In this document: one piece after another, positions 45,200 to 55,518 of the stretch
How the letters are laid out: every line of letters begins with the position of its first letter
Position numbering within the stretch: position 1 is the stretch's first letter
Source: an uncultured Campylobacteraceae bacterium
Lineage (GTDB): Bacteria > Campylobacterota > Campylobacteria > Campylobacterales > UBA6016
Direction: 5' to 3'
Length of the DNA: 57,980 nt
NCBI GenBank assembly: GCA_964577355.1
Contig: CAZNYV010000002.1
Span: 1 to 57,980 of the forward strand
Translations under genes and position numbers: made by a program
The notes under the pieces: model-generated
Databases searched by the model: none
Told to the model about the DNA's origin: nothing
The model's input: the letters and a program-made list of their open reading frames with translations, nothing else

Positions 45200-45906
45200 T
45201 GACAATTTTCCCCGCAATAGACCTCAAAGACGGCAAGGCAGTTCGTCTCACAAAAGGCATCATGGAGAGTGCGAAGGTGTACTCCGACGAGCCATTTCAT
45301 CTGGCTCGTGCATTTGAAGAGATGGGTTCAGACTGGCTTCACATCGTAGATCTCAACGGTGCATTTGCAGGCAACCCCGAAAACCTAGAGCAGATAAAAA
45401 AAATCAGAGCGAGTACAAGCCTCAAAATCCAGCTAGGTGGCGGCATCAGAGATGAAGCGACGATAGAGAGATATATGGAGCTAGGTATCAACCGTGTGAT
45501 ACTGGGCACGATAGCCGTCAAAAATCCTGATTTTGTGCGAAGTGTGGCAAAAAAATTCCCTGTAGCAGTCGGCATCGATGCGATGGACGGCTTTGTAGCG
45601 GTAGAAGGCTGGGCAGAGGTTAGCCAGATGAGAGCTACGGATTTGGCAAAAGCTTTTGCGGATAGCGGTGTCGAGGCTATCATCACAACAGACATCAGCA
45701 GAGATGGCACGCTTGGCGGGGTAAATGTGGACTTCACAGCCGAGATTGCGGCAGCTAGCGGAGTATTTACGATAGCAAGCGGTGGCGTCAAAGACATAGA
45801 CGACATCAAAGCTCTAAAAGCCAACGGCACAATCGGCGGAGCAATAGTCGGCAAAGCATTTTATGAAGGCAAACTGGATTTGAGAGAGGCGTTTAACCTT
45901 ATTTAA
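45196..45906 (+). CDS. hisA: ProFAR isomerase
   Basis: 236 aa. [27 protein letters not shown]. Confidence 0.92.
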   Translation: MMTIFPAIDLKDGKAVRLTKGIMESAKVYSDEPFHLARAFEEMGSDWLHIVDLNGAFAGNPENLEQIKKIRASTSLKIQLGGGIRDEATIERYMELGINRVILGTIAVKNPDFVRSVAKKFPVAVGIDAMDGFVAVEGWAEVSQMRATDLAKAFADSGVEAIITTDISRDGTLGGVNVDFTAEIAAASGVFTIASGGVKDIDDIKALKANGTIGGAIVGKAFYEGKLDLREAFNLI

Positions 45907-46165
45907 GCACTATTTAAAGGCATGACGCCTTTTTAAAGTGTATATTGTTAGGAGTGGTTAGCGAAGTTTAGTTATTCTAAACAAGTTAAGCACGACAACG
46001 CAAGATATATTTTAAAAAGAGCGTCCCATACGGGTTTGCTCCAAAAAGCACAAGCTAAACATCGTTAAAATTCTTGTCAATAGCTTGCTATTGTCTTCAA
46101 ATTTCGCCTTGTTATCTCACACTTTTTGGGCAAACATGCTCTATAAATAGCGCTTAAATAAGGTT
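45895..46165. repeat. 271-bp intergenic element bounded by 25-bp imperfect inverted repeats (23/25), with nested internal stems
   Basis: The left arm AACCTTATTTAAGCACTATTTAAAG (45895-45919) is the reverse complement of the right arm CTATAAATAGCGCTTAAATAAGGTT (46141-46165), apart from 2 mismatches. Inner stems: 45966-71/45977-82, 46034-48/46122-35, 46078-83/46088-93. Confidence 0.6.
45916..45934 (+). terminator. weak rho-independent terminator candidate after hisA
   Basis: AAAGGC-atgac-GCCTTT followed by TT, 10 nt after the hisA stop. Confidence 0.35.
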
Positions 46166-46169
46166 ATCA

Positions 46170-46994
46170 ATGAATGAGTTTTACTTTGAACTAAAAATAA
46201 CGCCAAGTGACCACCTAGAAGACTTCGAGAGCTTCGTCATGGACGAGACTGGAGAGGCGATAGAGACGGATGATGAGACAATCATCGTCAGGAGCGAAAA
46301 CGACCCGTCATTTGTCGTCGAGGAAGTCGCGAGCTATGCCGAACAACTCAGCGAAATATTTGGCGAAAAAATCACCGTAAAATGCGCCCTCACAAAACAA
46401 AAAAACGAAGACTGGATAACAAAATTCAAAGAGGGCTTCGAGCCGATACAAGTCGGGCAGTTCTTTATCCGAGCTAGCTGGCACGAGCCAAAAGCTGGAG
46501 CAACAGACATCATCGTAGACCCTGCGCTTGCATTTGGAACTGGTCATCATCCAACGACCAAAAACTCGATTTTAGCAGTAGAGCAATATGTCAAATCTGG
46601 TGACAAAATGCTAGATGTAGGCTGCGGCTCTGGCATACTATCCCTATGTGGTGCAAAGCTAGGCGCAGAGGTCGATATATGCGATACGGACGAACTAGCC
46701 ATCGTGGCAAGTCTCGAAAACTTCACAAAAAATTCCGAACAGTGGCATGATTCATGGGTCGGAAGTGTCCGCTCTGAGGGAGAGTATGATACAATCGTAG
46801 CCAACATTATCGCAGATGTACTGGTGATTTTGGCAAAAGATTTGAAAAAATCTCTCAAGAGTGGCGGACACCTTATTTTGTCAGGTATCCTCGACAAATA
46901 TGAGTCAAAAATCACCGATATGTACGACGAGTTAGAGCTTGTCGAAACAAAAGCCGAAGACGAATGGCTAACAATGATTTATAAAAAAATCTAA
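46170..46994 (+). CDS. prmA: ribosomal protein L11 methyltransferase
   Basis: 274 aa. DPALAFGTGHHPTT, LDVGCGSGILS. Confidence 0.9.
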   Translation: MNEFYFELKITPSDHLEDFESFVMDETGEAIETDDETIIVRSENDPSFVVEEVASYAEQLSEIFGEKITVKCALTKQKNEDWITKFKEGFEPIQVGQFFIRASWHEPKAGATDIIVDPALAFGTGHHPTTKNSILAVEQYVKSGDKMLDVGCGSGILSLCGAKLGAEVDICDTDELAIVASLENFTKNSEQWHDSWVGSVRSEGEYDTIVANIIADVLVILAKDLKKSLKSGGHLILSGILDKYESKITDMYDELELVETKAEDEWLTMIYKKI

Positions 46995-47009
46995 GGAATA
47001 TAAAAACAG

Positions 47010-48977
47010 ATGCAACCAAAGAATCCAAATGCCAACAACAGCGGTGGACCAAACAAAAATAACAATTTTTTTAACAACAACCCACTTCTAGTTTTTGCAC
47101 TTTTTTCACTTCTAACCGTAGCTATTTTCAAAGCGTTTTTGAGCGATGACGGTGGCGCAGACTCTGCCAATGGTGGCGCGATGCTTTCGCAATCGCAAGG
47201 CGTACAGAGTGTGAGCTATTACGAACTCAAAAAACTAATCGAAACAGACAAAATCGCCTCTGTCAATATAGGTGAAAGTATCATAAAAGCGGTAGGCAAG
47301 GGCGAACCAAAGACAGTTTATACAGCCAGAAGGGTTATGCCGGACGAGACTTTGATACCGATGATGGACAAAGCAAATGTCAAATACAGCGCTTTTTCTG
47401 AGAAAAACTGGCTAACCGAACTGGTTTTTGGCTGGGTGTTGCCAGTATTTATATTCTTTGCTATCTGGATGTTCCTAACAAATAGAATGCAAAAAAGTAT
47501 GGGTGGCGGACTGCTCGGCATAGGTAGCATGAAAAAGCTAGTAAATAGCGAAAAACCGAAAATCACTTTTGACGATGTTGCTGGAAATGACGAGGCAAAA
47601 GAGGAAGTTCGTGAAATCATAGAATTTCTCAAAGAGCCCGACAAATATATCAAACTAGGAGCCAAAATACCAAAAGGTGTCCTTCTAGTAGGACCTCCTG
47701 GAACTGGTAAAACACTGCTTGCGAAGGCAACCGCAGGCGAAGCTAGCGTGCCATTTTTCTCCGTTGCGGGTTCAAGCTTTATCGAGATGTTCGTAGGTGT
47801 CGGTGCTTCGCGTGTGCGAGATTTGTTCGAGCAAGCCAAAAAAGAGGCTCCAAGTATCATCTTTATCGATGAGATAGATGCAATAGGCAAAAGTAGAGCT
47901 TATGGCGGTTTTGGCGGAAATGACGAGAGGGAGCAGACTCTCAACCAAATGCTAGCGGAGCTTGATGGATTCGGTGCGGAATCACCAGTCATCGTGCTTG
48001 CGGCGACAAATAGACCAGAGATTCTAGACCCTGCACTGCTCAGACCAGGTAGATTTGACAGGCAAGTGCTAGTTGACAAGCCAGATTTCAAAGGTAGAGT
48101 TGAAATCCTAAAAGTCCACGCAAAAGAGATTAAGCTTTCCCCTGAAGCAGACCTAGAAGAGATAGGTAGAATCACAGCTGGACTAGCTGGTGCAGACTTG
48201 GCAAACATCATCAATGAAGCGGCACTACTAGCTGGGCGAGCAAGCGCAGAAGAGGTCAATCAACAAAATCTCAAAGAAGCAGTTGAACGAGCAATAGCAG
48301 GACTAGAGAAAAAATCAAGAAGAATCAGCCCAAAAGAAAAAAGAATAGTCGCATATCACGAAAGTGGTCATGCGGTCATGTCTGAAATCACAAAAGGTGC
48401 AAAAAAGGTCAGCAAAGTCTCTATCATCCCTCGTGGTCTAGCGGCTCTTGGCTACACGATGAATACGCCAGAAGAGAACAAATACCTTATGCAAAAGCAC
48501 GAACTAATAGCAGAGGTGGATGTTTTGCTAGGTGGACGAGCGGCAGAGCAGATATTTATCGGGGAGATTTCCACTGGCGCATCAAACGACCTTGAGCGAG
48601 CGACTGATATTTTCAAGGCAATGGCGATGTATTACGGGATGAGTGATGTTGCAGGGCTTATGACGCTAGAAAAACAAAAAAGCACATTCCTAAACGGTGG
48701 TGGTTACGGCAACGCAAAAGAGTATAGCGACAAAACTGCTGAGTCAGTAGATAGCTACATCAAAAACACTCTCCAAGAGAGATACGAATCAGTACTGGCA
48801 AGCTTAGAGCTTTATCGCCCAGTTGTAGAGACTATGACAGCTGAGCTACTAGATGTGGAAGTACTAGAAAAAGAGAGAGTACGAGAGATTATCAAAAATT
48901 TTGAGATAGAAAATGGCATCACCAGAACAAGTGATGATGAAGACCTTGAACTACACGCTCAAGAAAATGAGAAATAA
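47010..48977 (+). CDS. ftsH: ATP-dependent zinc metalloprotease FtsH
   Basis: 655 aa. 2 TM helices, [25 protein letters not shown] region, HESGHA. Confidence 0.95.
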   Translation: MQPKNPNANNSGGPNKNNNFFNNNPLLVFALFSLLTVAIFKAFLSDDGGADSANGGAMLSQSQGVQSVSYYELKKLIETDKIASVNIGESIIKAVGKGEPKTVYTARRVMPDETLIPMMDKANVKYSAFSEKNWLTELVFGWVLPVFIFFAIWMFLTNRMQKSMGGGLLGIGSMKKLVNSEKPKITFDDVAGNDEAKEEVREIIEFLKEPDKYIKLGAKIPKGVLLVGPPGTGKTLLAKATAGEASVPFFSVAGSSFIEMFVGVGASRVRDLFEQAKKEAPSIIFIDEIDAIGKSRAYGGFGGNDEREQTLNQMLAELDGFGAESPVIVLAATNRPEILDPALLRPGRFDRQVLVDKPDFKGRVEILKVHAKEIKLSPEADLEEIGRITAGLAGADLANIINEAALLAGRASAEEVNQQNLKEAVERAIAGLEKKSRRISPKEKRIVAYHESGHAVMSEITKGAKKVSKVSIIPRGLAALGYTMNTPEENKYLMQKHELIAEVDVLLGGRAAEQIFIGEISTGASNDLERATDIFKAMAMYYGMSDVAGLMTLEKQKSTFLNGGGYGNAKEYSDKTAESVDSYIKNTLQERYESVLASLELYRPVVETMTAELLDVEVLEKERVREIIKNFEIENGITRTSDDEDLELHAQENEK

Positions 48978-48986
48978 GGAAGCGCC

Positions 48987-49640
48987 ATGAGACCAACTAC
49001 AACTGAACCCATAGCAAGAGAAGGTTTTTGGTATGTAGGCATAGCGTTTGTTGTTGTGCTACTGTCTTTTTACTATGAGTTTGGACTATTTTCCAAGCTG
49101 TTTTATCTAGCACTATTTGCATTCGCAGTGCTATTTTTCCGTAACCCAGAGAGAATAGCCGACTCCGATGAAGACATCATAATATCACCATGCGATGGCA
49201 GAATAGTATCTATCGACAAAGAGTTTGATAGCAAGTTTTTTAATGACGAAGCTGTAGTAATCGTCGTACGGAACAAGGTTCTGGATACACATTTCATTCG
49301 CTCAACTTTTAGAGGTGTGTTAAAAAACTTCTTTATTGAGAGGGGTAATTTTTTGCCAATCTCTAGTGAAAAAGCACCTCTCCTAAACGAAAGAGCAGTA
49401 CTGGAATTCGAAAGCCATGACGGTCACAAATCATTTTTTTCAATTATGGCTGGCTCAATACCATCACATCTAGCATTTTACAAATCAGCAGACTCCAAAG
49501 TGCGAATCTGCGAAAGATTGACATTTGTTAGAAGCGAATTTAGACTAGCAATATATCTACCAAAAGAAACAAATATCGCAATCAATGTTGGCGATAGAGT
49601 ATTTGGCGGCAAAACAGTCCTTGGAGAGTTCATTTCATGA
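48987..49640 (+). CDS. short-type phosphatidylserine decarboxylase-like protein (self-cleavage motif atypical)
   Basis: 217 aa. FFRNPER, ISPCDGRIV, LNERAV. Where the family has F-G-S-(R/T) this protein reads V-R-S-E-F-R. 4-nt overlap with pssA. Confidence 0.65.
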   Translation: MRPTTTEPIAREGFWYVGIAFVVVLLSFYYEFGLFSKLFYLALFAFAVLFFRNPERIADSDEDIIISPCDGRIVSIDKEFDSKFFNDEAVVIVVRNKVLDTHFIRSTFRGVLKNFFIERGNFLPISSEKAPLLNERAVLEFESHDGHKSFFSIMAGSIPSHLAFYKSADSKVRICERLTFVRSEFRLAIYLPKETNIAINVGDRVFGGKTVLGEFIS

Positions 49641-50380
49641 CAGAAAACAACCAAAAACCAAAAGTTATCTATATTTTGCCAAATATGCTGACAGCCATAT
49701 CTCTTTTTCTTGGGATTTTGAGTGTGATTGCCTCTGCAAAGGGTGAATTTGAAAATGCTGCTTTTTATATTTTTATCTCTCTGATATTTGACGGGCTTGA
49801 CGGCAGAGTAGCTAGAATGACAGGGACGACCAGCAAGTTTGGTGTAGAGTTTGATTCGTTGGCTGACTTGGTGGCATTTGGCGTGGCGCCTGCAATGCTT
49901 ATCTACAATCTAATCGGTCACTCATTTGGCAAATTTGGCATCTTGGTAGCTGGATTATTTGTTGTATTTGGAGCAATCAGACTAGCTAGGTTCAATGTAA
50001 TGACAAGCGACACGGAGCCAAATGTTTTTATAGGTCTGCCAATACCAGCTGCAGCCGTATTTATGGGATGTCTTTCGCTTGTTTATGTAGGGCATCAAGA
50101 TTTGAAAGATTATATGGCTCTATTTTTAATTATTAGCATCTTGGTTTCCATCTTGATGGTGAGTAATATCCGATTTGTAAGCTTCAAAAAAATCAATTTC
50201 AACAAGTCTGATTTTATGAAAACATTTGTCACGATTTTGGCTCTGTTTTCTCTGTTATACCTATATTTTTTGGAAACGCTTACACTACTGATGAGCCTGT
50301 ATCTGTTGAGTGGTCCGACTAGAGCCGCTTACAATTTATTGACTAGAAAAACACGATTCAAACAGAAAAATGAACAATAA
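49637..50380 (+). CDS. pssA: CDP-diacylglycerol-serine O-phosphatidyltransferase
   Basis: 247 aa. CDP-alcohol phosphatidyltransferase motif DGLDGRVARMTGTTSKFGVEFDSLAD. Confidence 0.88.
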   Translation: MTENNQKPKVIYILPNMLTAISLFLGILSVIASAKGEFENAAFYIFISLIFDGLDGRVARMTGTTSKFGVEFDSLADLVAFGVAPAMLIYNLIGHSFGKFGILVAGLFVVFGAIRLARFNVMTSDTEPNVFIGLPIPAAAVFMGCLSLVYVGHQDLKDYMALFLIISILVSILMVSNIRFVSFKKINFNKSDFMKTFVTILALFSLLYLYFLETLTLLMSLYLLSGPTRAAYNLLTRKTRFKQKNEQ

Positions 50381-50398
50381 GATAGTTAGGAAACACAA

Positions 50399-51961
50399 AT
50401 GAGTGAAATAATAAAAATATTTGACACAACACTTCGGGATGGCGAACAAAGCCCTGGCGCGTCCATGAATACTGATGAAAAAATCAAAATTGCAGGACAG
50501 CTTCAGAAACTCGGTGTTGATGTTATCGAGGCAGGGTTTGCAATTGCTAGCCCAGGAGATTTTGATGCAATCGACAAAATAGCTCAATTAATCGACAAAA
50601 GCACTGTTTGTTCGCTTGCCAGATCAGTCGATGCTGATATAAAAGCTGCTGGTGAAGCTATAGCAAAAGCCAAATTCAGACGAATTCATACATTTATCGC
50701 CACAAGCCCGATTCATATGGAGTTCAAACTAAAATCTACTCCAGACGAAGTCATAAAAAGAGCGGTAAATGCAGTCAAGTATGCACGAACATTTACAGAT
50801 GATGTAGAGTTTAGCTGTGAAGATGCGACTAGAAGCGAACTACCATTCGTCAAAGAGATAGTCGCTGCGGTCATCGAAGCTGGAGCAAAAACAATCAACC
50901 TGCCTGACACCGTCGGCTATGCGATACCTGAACAGTACGGCAAATTTATCCGCGAAGTAGTAGATTTCGTAGGTGACAAGGCAATAATCTCAGTTCACTG
51001 TCACAACGACCTAGGTCTAGGTGTTGCCAACTCTCTCTCTGCCGTAATGAATGGAGCTAGACAAGTCGAGTGTACGATAAACGGGCTAGGTGAAAGAGCT
51101 GGAAATGCTGCTTTGGAAGAGATAGTGATGGCACTAAAAGTGCGTCCTGACTTCTTTGGCGGCAGAGATACAAATATCAATATCAAAGAGATCTATCCAG
51201 CGAGCAAGCTGGTCTCCGCGGTCACAGGTATGCAGCCACAAGCCAACAAGGCAATAGTTGGCAAAAACGCTTTTGCACACGAAAGTGGCATTCATCAAGA
51301 TGGCGTACTAAAACACAGACAAACATACGAGATATTCAACGCAAGCGACATTGGCAAAGACATCACTGGCGAAAATCTAGTAATGGGCAAACACTCAGGA
51401 AAGGCGGCTTTCAACGACAAGGTCAAACAACTAGGATTTGAGCTCTCCGTCGTAGAACTGGATGATGCGATGGAGCTATTCAAAATCATAGCTGACAAGA
51501 AAAAAGAGATGTTTGATGATGATATCAGAATGATTATCGGAGATGTTACAAATCACATTCCGAAACTATTCAAGCTAATCCATCTTCAAATCGCCGATGC
51601 ACAAGGCGGATTGGCAACTGCAGCAGCCACAATTTCGCACGAAGGTGTAGAAAAAACAGATGCGAGCGTGGGTGACGGGACAATCGATGCAGTATTCAAA
51701 GTCATCGACAGACTATCAGGCTACACTGGCGCTCTTATGGATTATAAGGTCGAAGCTGTATCAAAAGGCAAAGATGCCCTAGCAGCCGTCATTGTCAAAG
51801 TGGTGTTTGACGGCGACAAACCAGCTGTACTGGGTCATGGTCTGGACATAGACACCATGACAGCGAGTGCAAAGGCATATATAAACGCACTTAATTCATA
51901 CTTGTCAATGAAAGACAATATGAAAAAAATAGATTGCAAAGATGATATTTGCGCAATCTGA
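50399..51961 (+). CDS. leuA: 2-isopropylmalate synthase
   Basis: 520 aa. [22 protein letters not shown], and a C-terminal LeuA allosteric domain. Confidence 0.93.
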   Translation: MSEIIKIFDTTLRDGEQSPGASMNTDEKIKIAGQLQKLGVDVIEAGFAIASPGDFDAIDKIAQLIDKSTVCSLARSVDADIKAAGEAIAKAKFRRIHTFIATSPIHMEFKLKSTPDEVIKRAVNAVKYARTFTDDVEFSCEDATRSELPFVKEIVAAVIEAGAKTINLPDTVGYAIPEQYGKFIREVVDFVGDKAIISVHCHNDLGLGVANSLSAVMNGARQVECTINGLGERAGNAALEEIVMALKVRPDFFGGRDTNINIKEIYPASKLVSAVTGMQPQANKAIVGKNAFAHESGIHQDGVLKHRQTYEIFNASDIGKDITGENLVMGKHSGKAAFNDKVKQLGFELSVVELDDAMELFKIIADKKKEMFDDDIRMIIGDVTNHIPKLFKLIHLQIADAQGGLATAAATISHEGVEKTDASVGDGTIDAVFKVIDRLSGYTGALMDYKVEAVSKGKDALAAVIVKVVFDGDKPAVLGHGLDIDTMTASAKAYINALNSYLSMKDNMKKIDCKDDICAI

Positions 51962-52133
51962 TTTGAGATGACTGCGGTGCGTTTCTTTGGCAATTTCTTC
52001 GCTCATTCTCGAAATCACATCCTGTGATTTCTGCGAGGGAATCGCTACTGCGAACATCCTGTTCTCCATAACGCTCGTAATCCGCTCAATCAATTGTCAA
52101 AGTGCACCAATCTTATAAAAACAAAGGAATAGA

Positions 52134-52445
52134 ATGAATTTTGAAAATGTAACAGCGGTAAAAAAAGCAAATGTGTATTTTGATGGCAAGGTGACGAGTA
52201 GAACGATTATTTTTGCCGATGGTAGCAAAAAAACTCTCGGAATAATGCTTCCAGGCGAGTATGAGTTCAACACTGGTCTTGCTGAGGAGATGGAAATGCT
52301 GGGCGGATCTATGGATGTGCTTCTTCCAGGCTCTTCTGAGTGGCAAACATTTAGCGAAGGACAGAGCTATTTTGTCCCAGCTAATTCATCGTTCAAGCTA
52401 AAAATCAGCGAAGTGGCTGATTATTGCTGTAGTTTTCTGGCATAA
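52134..52445 (+). CDS. ppnP: pyrimidine/purine nucleoside phosphorylase PpnP (DUF1255 cupin)
   Basis: 103 aa. [20 protein letters not shown]...E.M....G pattern. Confidence 0.8.
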   Translation: MNFENVTAVKKANVYFDGKVTSRTIIFADGSKKTLGIMLPGEYEFNTGLAEEMEMLGGSMDVLLPGSSEWQTFSEGQSYFVPANSSFKLKISEVADYCCSFLA

Positions 52446-52451
52446 CTTATC

Positions 52452-52476
52452 GGGCACAAGAAGTGCCCAGCTTTTT
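52452..52476. terminator. bidirectional stem-loop terminator between convergent ppnP and the PP2C sensor gene
   Basis: GGGCAC-aagaa-GTGCCC followed by agCTTTTT on the + strand. Confidence 0.55.
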
Positions 52477-54314
52477 CAAATAGGTCTAAACCCTATCAGC
52501 GTCATATCGTCTCTTCTAGGCTCGCCGGCTCTGTACTCTTCCAAATCAGCTTCGATGTGTTTCATCTGCTCATCCATACTAAGACCTTGGTTTTGCAGTA
52601 TTATCTCACCAAGTCTTTTTCTACCAAGCAGCCTTTTTGGCTCACCGCCCATATGGTCAGGAATGCCATCTGTTAGCATATAAAACGACATACCCTCTTC
52701 TACGCTCAAAGTGTGATTTTCAAACTGATTTTTGGGTCTAATACTCCTATATCCAAGGCTCGCCCTAGTAGGTTTAATAGAATCCAAAATTCCATTTTTT
52801 ACATAGATTAGCGGCAGATTCGCTCCTGCGTAAGTTATCTCGTGTGTGTCAATATCATAAACACAAATCGCGCAATCAAGCCCATCGTCCGAGTCGCTAT
52901 CAGGATAATCTTGTCTCAGCTTGACTCGCACCCTCTCGTCTATCGCGCTCAAAAGCTCAGCTGGATCACTCATTCTCAAATCATGGATAGCTCTATGAAG
53001 CGCGGCTGAAGCAACCATAGTCATAAACGCACCTGGCACACCGTGTCCAGTACAATCTATAACCACAACAAAACATTTGTTTTCTATCTTTTCAATCCAA
53101 AAATAATCACCACCTACCACATGCAACGGCTCCCAGCAGACAAAAACATCTGCCATAGCACCATCAAGCGCATGTTTGTCTGGAAGCGATGCCTCTTGTA
53201 TCTTTCTAGCATACCCTATGCTTTCCATTACCAATGAATTGGCATGGTCAAGTTTAGCATGCGCTTCATCTAGCGCGGCTTTTTCTTTTTGCAAAAGTTG
53301 TTGCTGATGCTTAATTTTTCGCAACGAAGCAATCAGATAGACAACAAAAGCAAGCAGAAGAGCTATTGCTACCCAGTATTTTTTCAGAACATCAATCAGG
53401 TTGAATTTCCCCAAATCCTTGTATGGTCCAATTTTTAGCTCTCGATACAGTTCATGCACGGGAGTATAGTCGGCAGGAACGGACCAACCTCGTATCTTTG
53501 CTGCTTTTGCAGCTTCACTGCTTTCAGGCATTTTCAAAAGTGCAATCGCAACAGACTGCGCCAACTCTTCGTCAGTATGTTTTAGCTTGCTAAATGGCCA
53601 CTCGGGATATAGTCTAGTGCTGTGCTCGTATGGAAATTTTGTATCCGTTGATAATTTACTAATTATCTTGACATCCTTTAGAGCTATTTTCCCTTCTTTT
53701 GCCATTCGCTCTAGTATATCAGTACGAATCGCACCAACATCACCTTGTCCTTTTAGTACACCAAGCACAACTTTTTCATGGTCACCTAGCGTCTTTACAG
53801 TCAAATCACTATTTGGGTCTATCCCAACAGCTCTCATCTCTCTGAGCTGCATGAGCCAGCCACCAAAAGAGGTTTTGTCAACACTCAGAAGCGTTTTACC
53901 CCTCAAGTCTTCAAGTGTATTTATTTTACTATCCGCCTTAGTGAGGAATACACCACCAAAACGGTTGCAAAGACACCCCTCCGGTCCATGATTTGTGAGT
54001 GTGGCAATACGACTAATACCATACGCTGCCTCAAGTTCAACATATTGACCCGTATTTACAACAACAAAATCAACCTCTTTCGCACCCACAGCTCCATAGA
54101 GCCTTTGGAAATCCAATGGCACAAGCTCAAATTTATAGCCTTCTATCGCAGTATTCAAATACTCCATCGTAGGCTGCCACATTTTGCGAGCAACATCCTC
54201 GCCTCTATGTGCCAAAATCCCAATTTTTACAGTTTTTGTCTCAGCTAAGAGTGCTATCGAAAAGATAGAAAAAACGGCAACAACACTAAATAGCCTCTTT
54301 AAAAATAACAACAC
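52476..54314 (-). CDS. SiaA-like sensor phosphatase: PhnD-like periplasmic binding domain, TM helix, coiled coil, PP2C/SpoIIE phosphatase
   Basis: The periplasmic KTVKIGILAHRG..FVVVNTGQYVE.. region fits a PhnD/phosphonate-SBP-like fold. TM helix YWVAIALLLAFVVYLIASL. PP2C core GGDYFW, VIDCTGHGVPGAFM, DGIPD, RRDDMTLIGF. I place the start at GTG 54314 (GGAGG 8 nt upstream, then signal peptide LLFLKRLFSVVAVFSIFSIALLA|E) rather than the track's 54464. Confidence 0.7.
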   Translation of the reverse strand: MLLFLKRLFSVVAVFSIFSIALLAETKTVKIGILAHRGEDVARKMWQPTMEYLNTAIEGYKFELVPLDFQRLYGAVGAKEVDFVVVNTGQYVELEAAYGISRIATLTNHGPEGCLCNRFGGVFLTKADSKINTLEDLRGKTLLSVDKTSFGGWLMQLREMRAVGIDPNSDLTVKTLGDHEKVVLGVLKGQGDVGAIRTDILERMAKEGKIALKDVKIISKLSTDTKFPYEHSTRLYPEWPFSKLKHTDEELAQSVAIALLKMPESSEAAKAAKIRGWSVPADYTPVHELYRELKIGPYKDLGKFNLIDVLKKYWVAIALLLAFVVYLIASLRKIKHQQQLLQKEKAALDEAHAKLDHANSLVMESIGYARKIQEASLPDKHALDGAMADVFVCWEPLHVVGGDYFWIEKIENKCFVVVIDCTGHGVPGAFMTMVASAALHRAIHDLRMSDPAELLSAIDERVRVKLRQDYPDSDSDDGLDCAICVYDIDTHEITYAGANLPLIYVKNGILDSIKPTRASLGYRSIRPKNQFENHTLSVEEGMSFYMLTDGIPDHMGGEPKRLLGRKRLGEIILQNQGLSMDEQMKHIEADLEEYRAGEPRRDDMTLIGFRPI

Positions 54315-55119
54315 GATTTCTACCTCCACCTTTTGCTTCATAGAGCGCCTTATCTGCCTTTGACATTGCTTGCTCAAATAGTAAATCTTCTTTTGTAACC
54401 ACATGAAGCCCTGCACTAATAGACATTTTAATATCAAAACACAACTCGTCCATGCAAAAAACACTATTGGCTATATTTTTCCGCACTCTCTCTGCCACCT
54501 CTAACGCATCATCAACATTTGTATCTGGCATTATCAGTACAAACTCCTCTCCACCAACGCGCCCCAATATATCAGTAGTTCGAATCGAATGTTTGCAAAT
54601 CTCTGTAAAATGTTTGAGCGCTCTGTCTCCAACGAGATGTCCATGTGCATCGTTAATACTCTTGAAGTGGTCTATATCAAGCATCAGAACACACAAGGAA
54701 TACCCTGTTCTATGAAACCGTTTCAGCTCATTTTCACCAAATTCCAATAGCTGTCTTCTAGTATAGACGCCAGTCAATGAATCTATAGTCGCAATTGCCT
54801 TTAGCTCCTCTGCCAAAAGCTTTTTTTGTTCTATCTCTTCTTGCAGAGCAGCATTAAGCTGAACCAGTCTTGATGCCTGTTCTTCCAGCTGTTCGTTTGC
54901 ACTTTGCAGCTCTAGTGTTATATTTCTGAGCTGCTCTTGTTGACGGTCACTAACCCTGACCAGCCTTTGTTGCTCACGAAAGCTTTTGCGGTAGCCTGTC
55001 ACCAAGCTTTTCATATTTTCTTGTACTAGTTTTGCATGTATCTCAAAACTATCCGCTAGCTCTTCAGCTTGCTTTATTACCTTTTCTTCGTTGTCAAATA
55101 GGCTGAACTCTTGATGCAT
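54286..55119 (-). CDS. SiaD-like diguanylate cyclase (coiled coil plus GGEEF domain, RxxD I-site present)
   Basis: DSLTGVYTRR, LDIDHFKSINDAHGHLVGDRAL, IRTTDILGRVGGEEFVLIM, AKGGGRNRVV. The ATG start at 55119 lies 1 nt after the siaC-like stop. The track's longer 55209 start overlaps the upstream gene. Confidence 0.8.
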   Translation of the reverse strand: MHQEFSLFDNEEKVIKQAEELADSFEIHAKLVQENMKSLVTGYRKSFREQQRLVRVSDRQQEQLRNITLELQSANEQLEEQASRLVQLNAALQEEIEQKKLLAEELKAIATIDSLTGVYTRRQLLEFGENELKRFHRTGYSLCVLMLDIDHFKSINDAHGHLVGDRALKHFTEICKHSIRTTDILGRVGGEEFVLIMPDTNVDDALEVAERVRKNIANSVFCMDELCFDIKMSISAGLHVVTKEDLLFEQAMSKADKALYEAKGGGRNRVVIFKEAI

Positions 55120-55120
55120 A

Positions 55121-55504
55121 CTAACTAAGTGTGCAGAGATTAAACGACAGATGCTCCATGTCCGACGCAAAATCCTCACCGAACTCTTGCATCGTATCGT
55201 CATCCTCACTATAATACCAGTTCACACTTGCTTTTTTACCACTCTCTGCAGCATCCTCCAAGAGGCTAAAAAGGTTCATTAATACTTTTGCGCTAGAGCT
55301 GTTGAAGTATGCTAGTTTTATATCAAATACCGTCTCCACCGCATCGTTTGTTTTCAAAAATTCACTCAACGCATTGTGAAGTGGACCATAGAAAGCGGAG
55401 GCATCTTCTGGGTATGACTCACCCTCAAAACTAAGTTTCCCTGCTTCAAAATCAAAAACTACTGCGGGAGTTCTATCTGTTGCTTCTCTTGTGATTTTTT
55501 CCAT
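55121..55504 (-). CDS. SiaC-family (DUF1987) partner-switch phosphoprotein
   Basis: 127 aa from ATG 55504 (GGGAGGGGG SD 5 nt upstream). TPAVVFDFEAGKLSFEGESYPED..LAYFNSSSAKVLMNLFSLLED..VNWYY closely follows the DUF1987/SiaC pattern. Confidence 0.75.
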   Translation of the reverse strand: MEKITREATDRTPAVVFDFEAGKLSFEGESYPEDASAFYGPLHNALSEFLKTNDAVETVFDIKLAYFNSSSAKVLMNLFSLLEDAAESGKKASVNWYYSEDDDTMQEFGEDFASDMEHLSFNLCTLS

Positions 55505-55518
55505 TTCTACCCCCTCCC

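Noticed and set aside
51905-52093. 62-aa minus-strand ORF in the leuA-ppnP gap, and the 90-aa + strand ORF at 7059-7331 spanning the coaBC-dapE gap.
   Set aside because: They have no RBS, and they partly overlap the ends of real genes. Their composition is hydrophobic or low-complexity with no family resemblance. I treat them as non-coding, though the 51962-52133 region is still flagged as a possible RNA.
54315-54464. N-terminal extensions proposed by the ORF track for the SiaA-like gene (to 54464), the SiaD-like gene (to 55209) and the SiaC-like gene (to 55540).
   Set aside because: The extensions overlap the C-termini of the upstream genes and encode Cys/Arg-rich junk. Internal starts with good Shine-Dalgarno sequences (GGAGG-8 nt-GTG 54314; ATG 55119 one nt after the upstream stop; GGGAGGGGG-5 nt-ATG 55504) give sensible N-termini.
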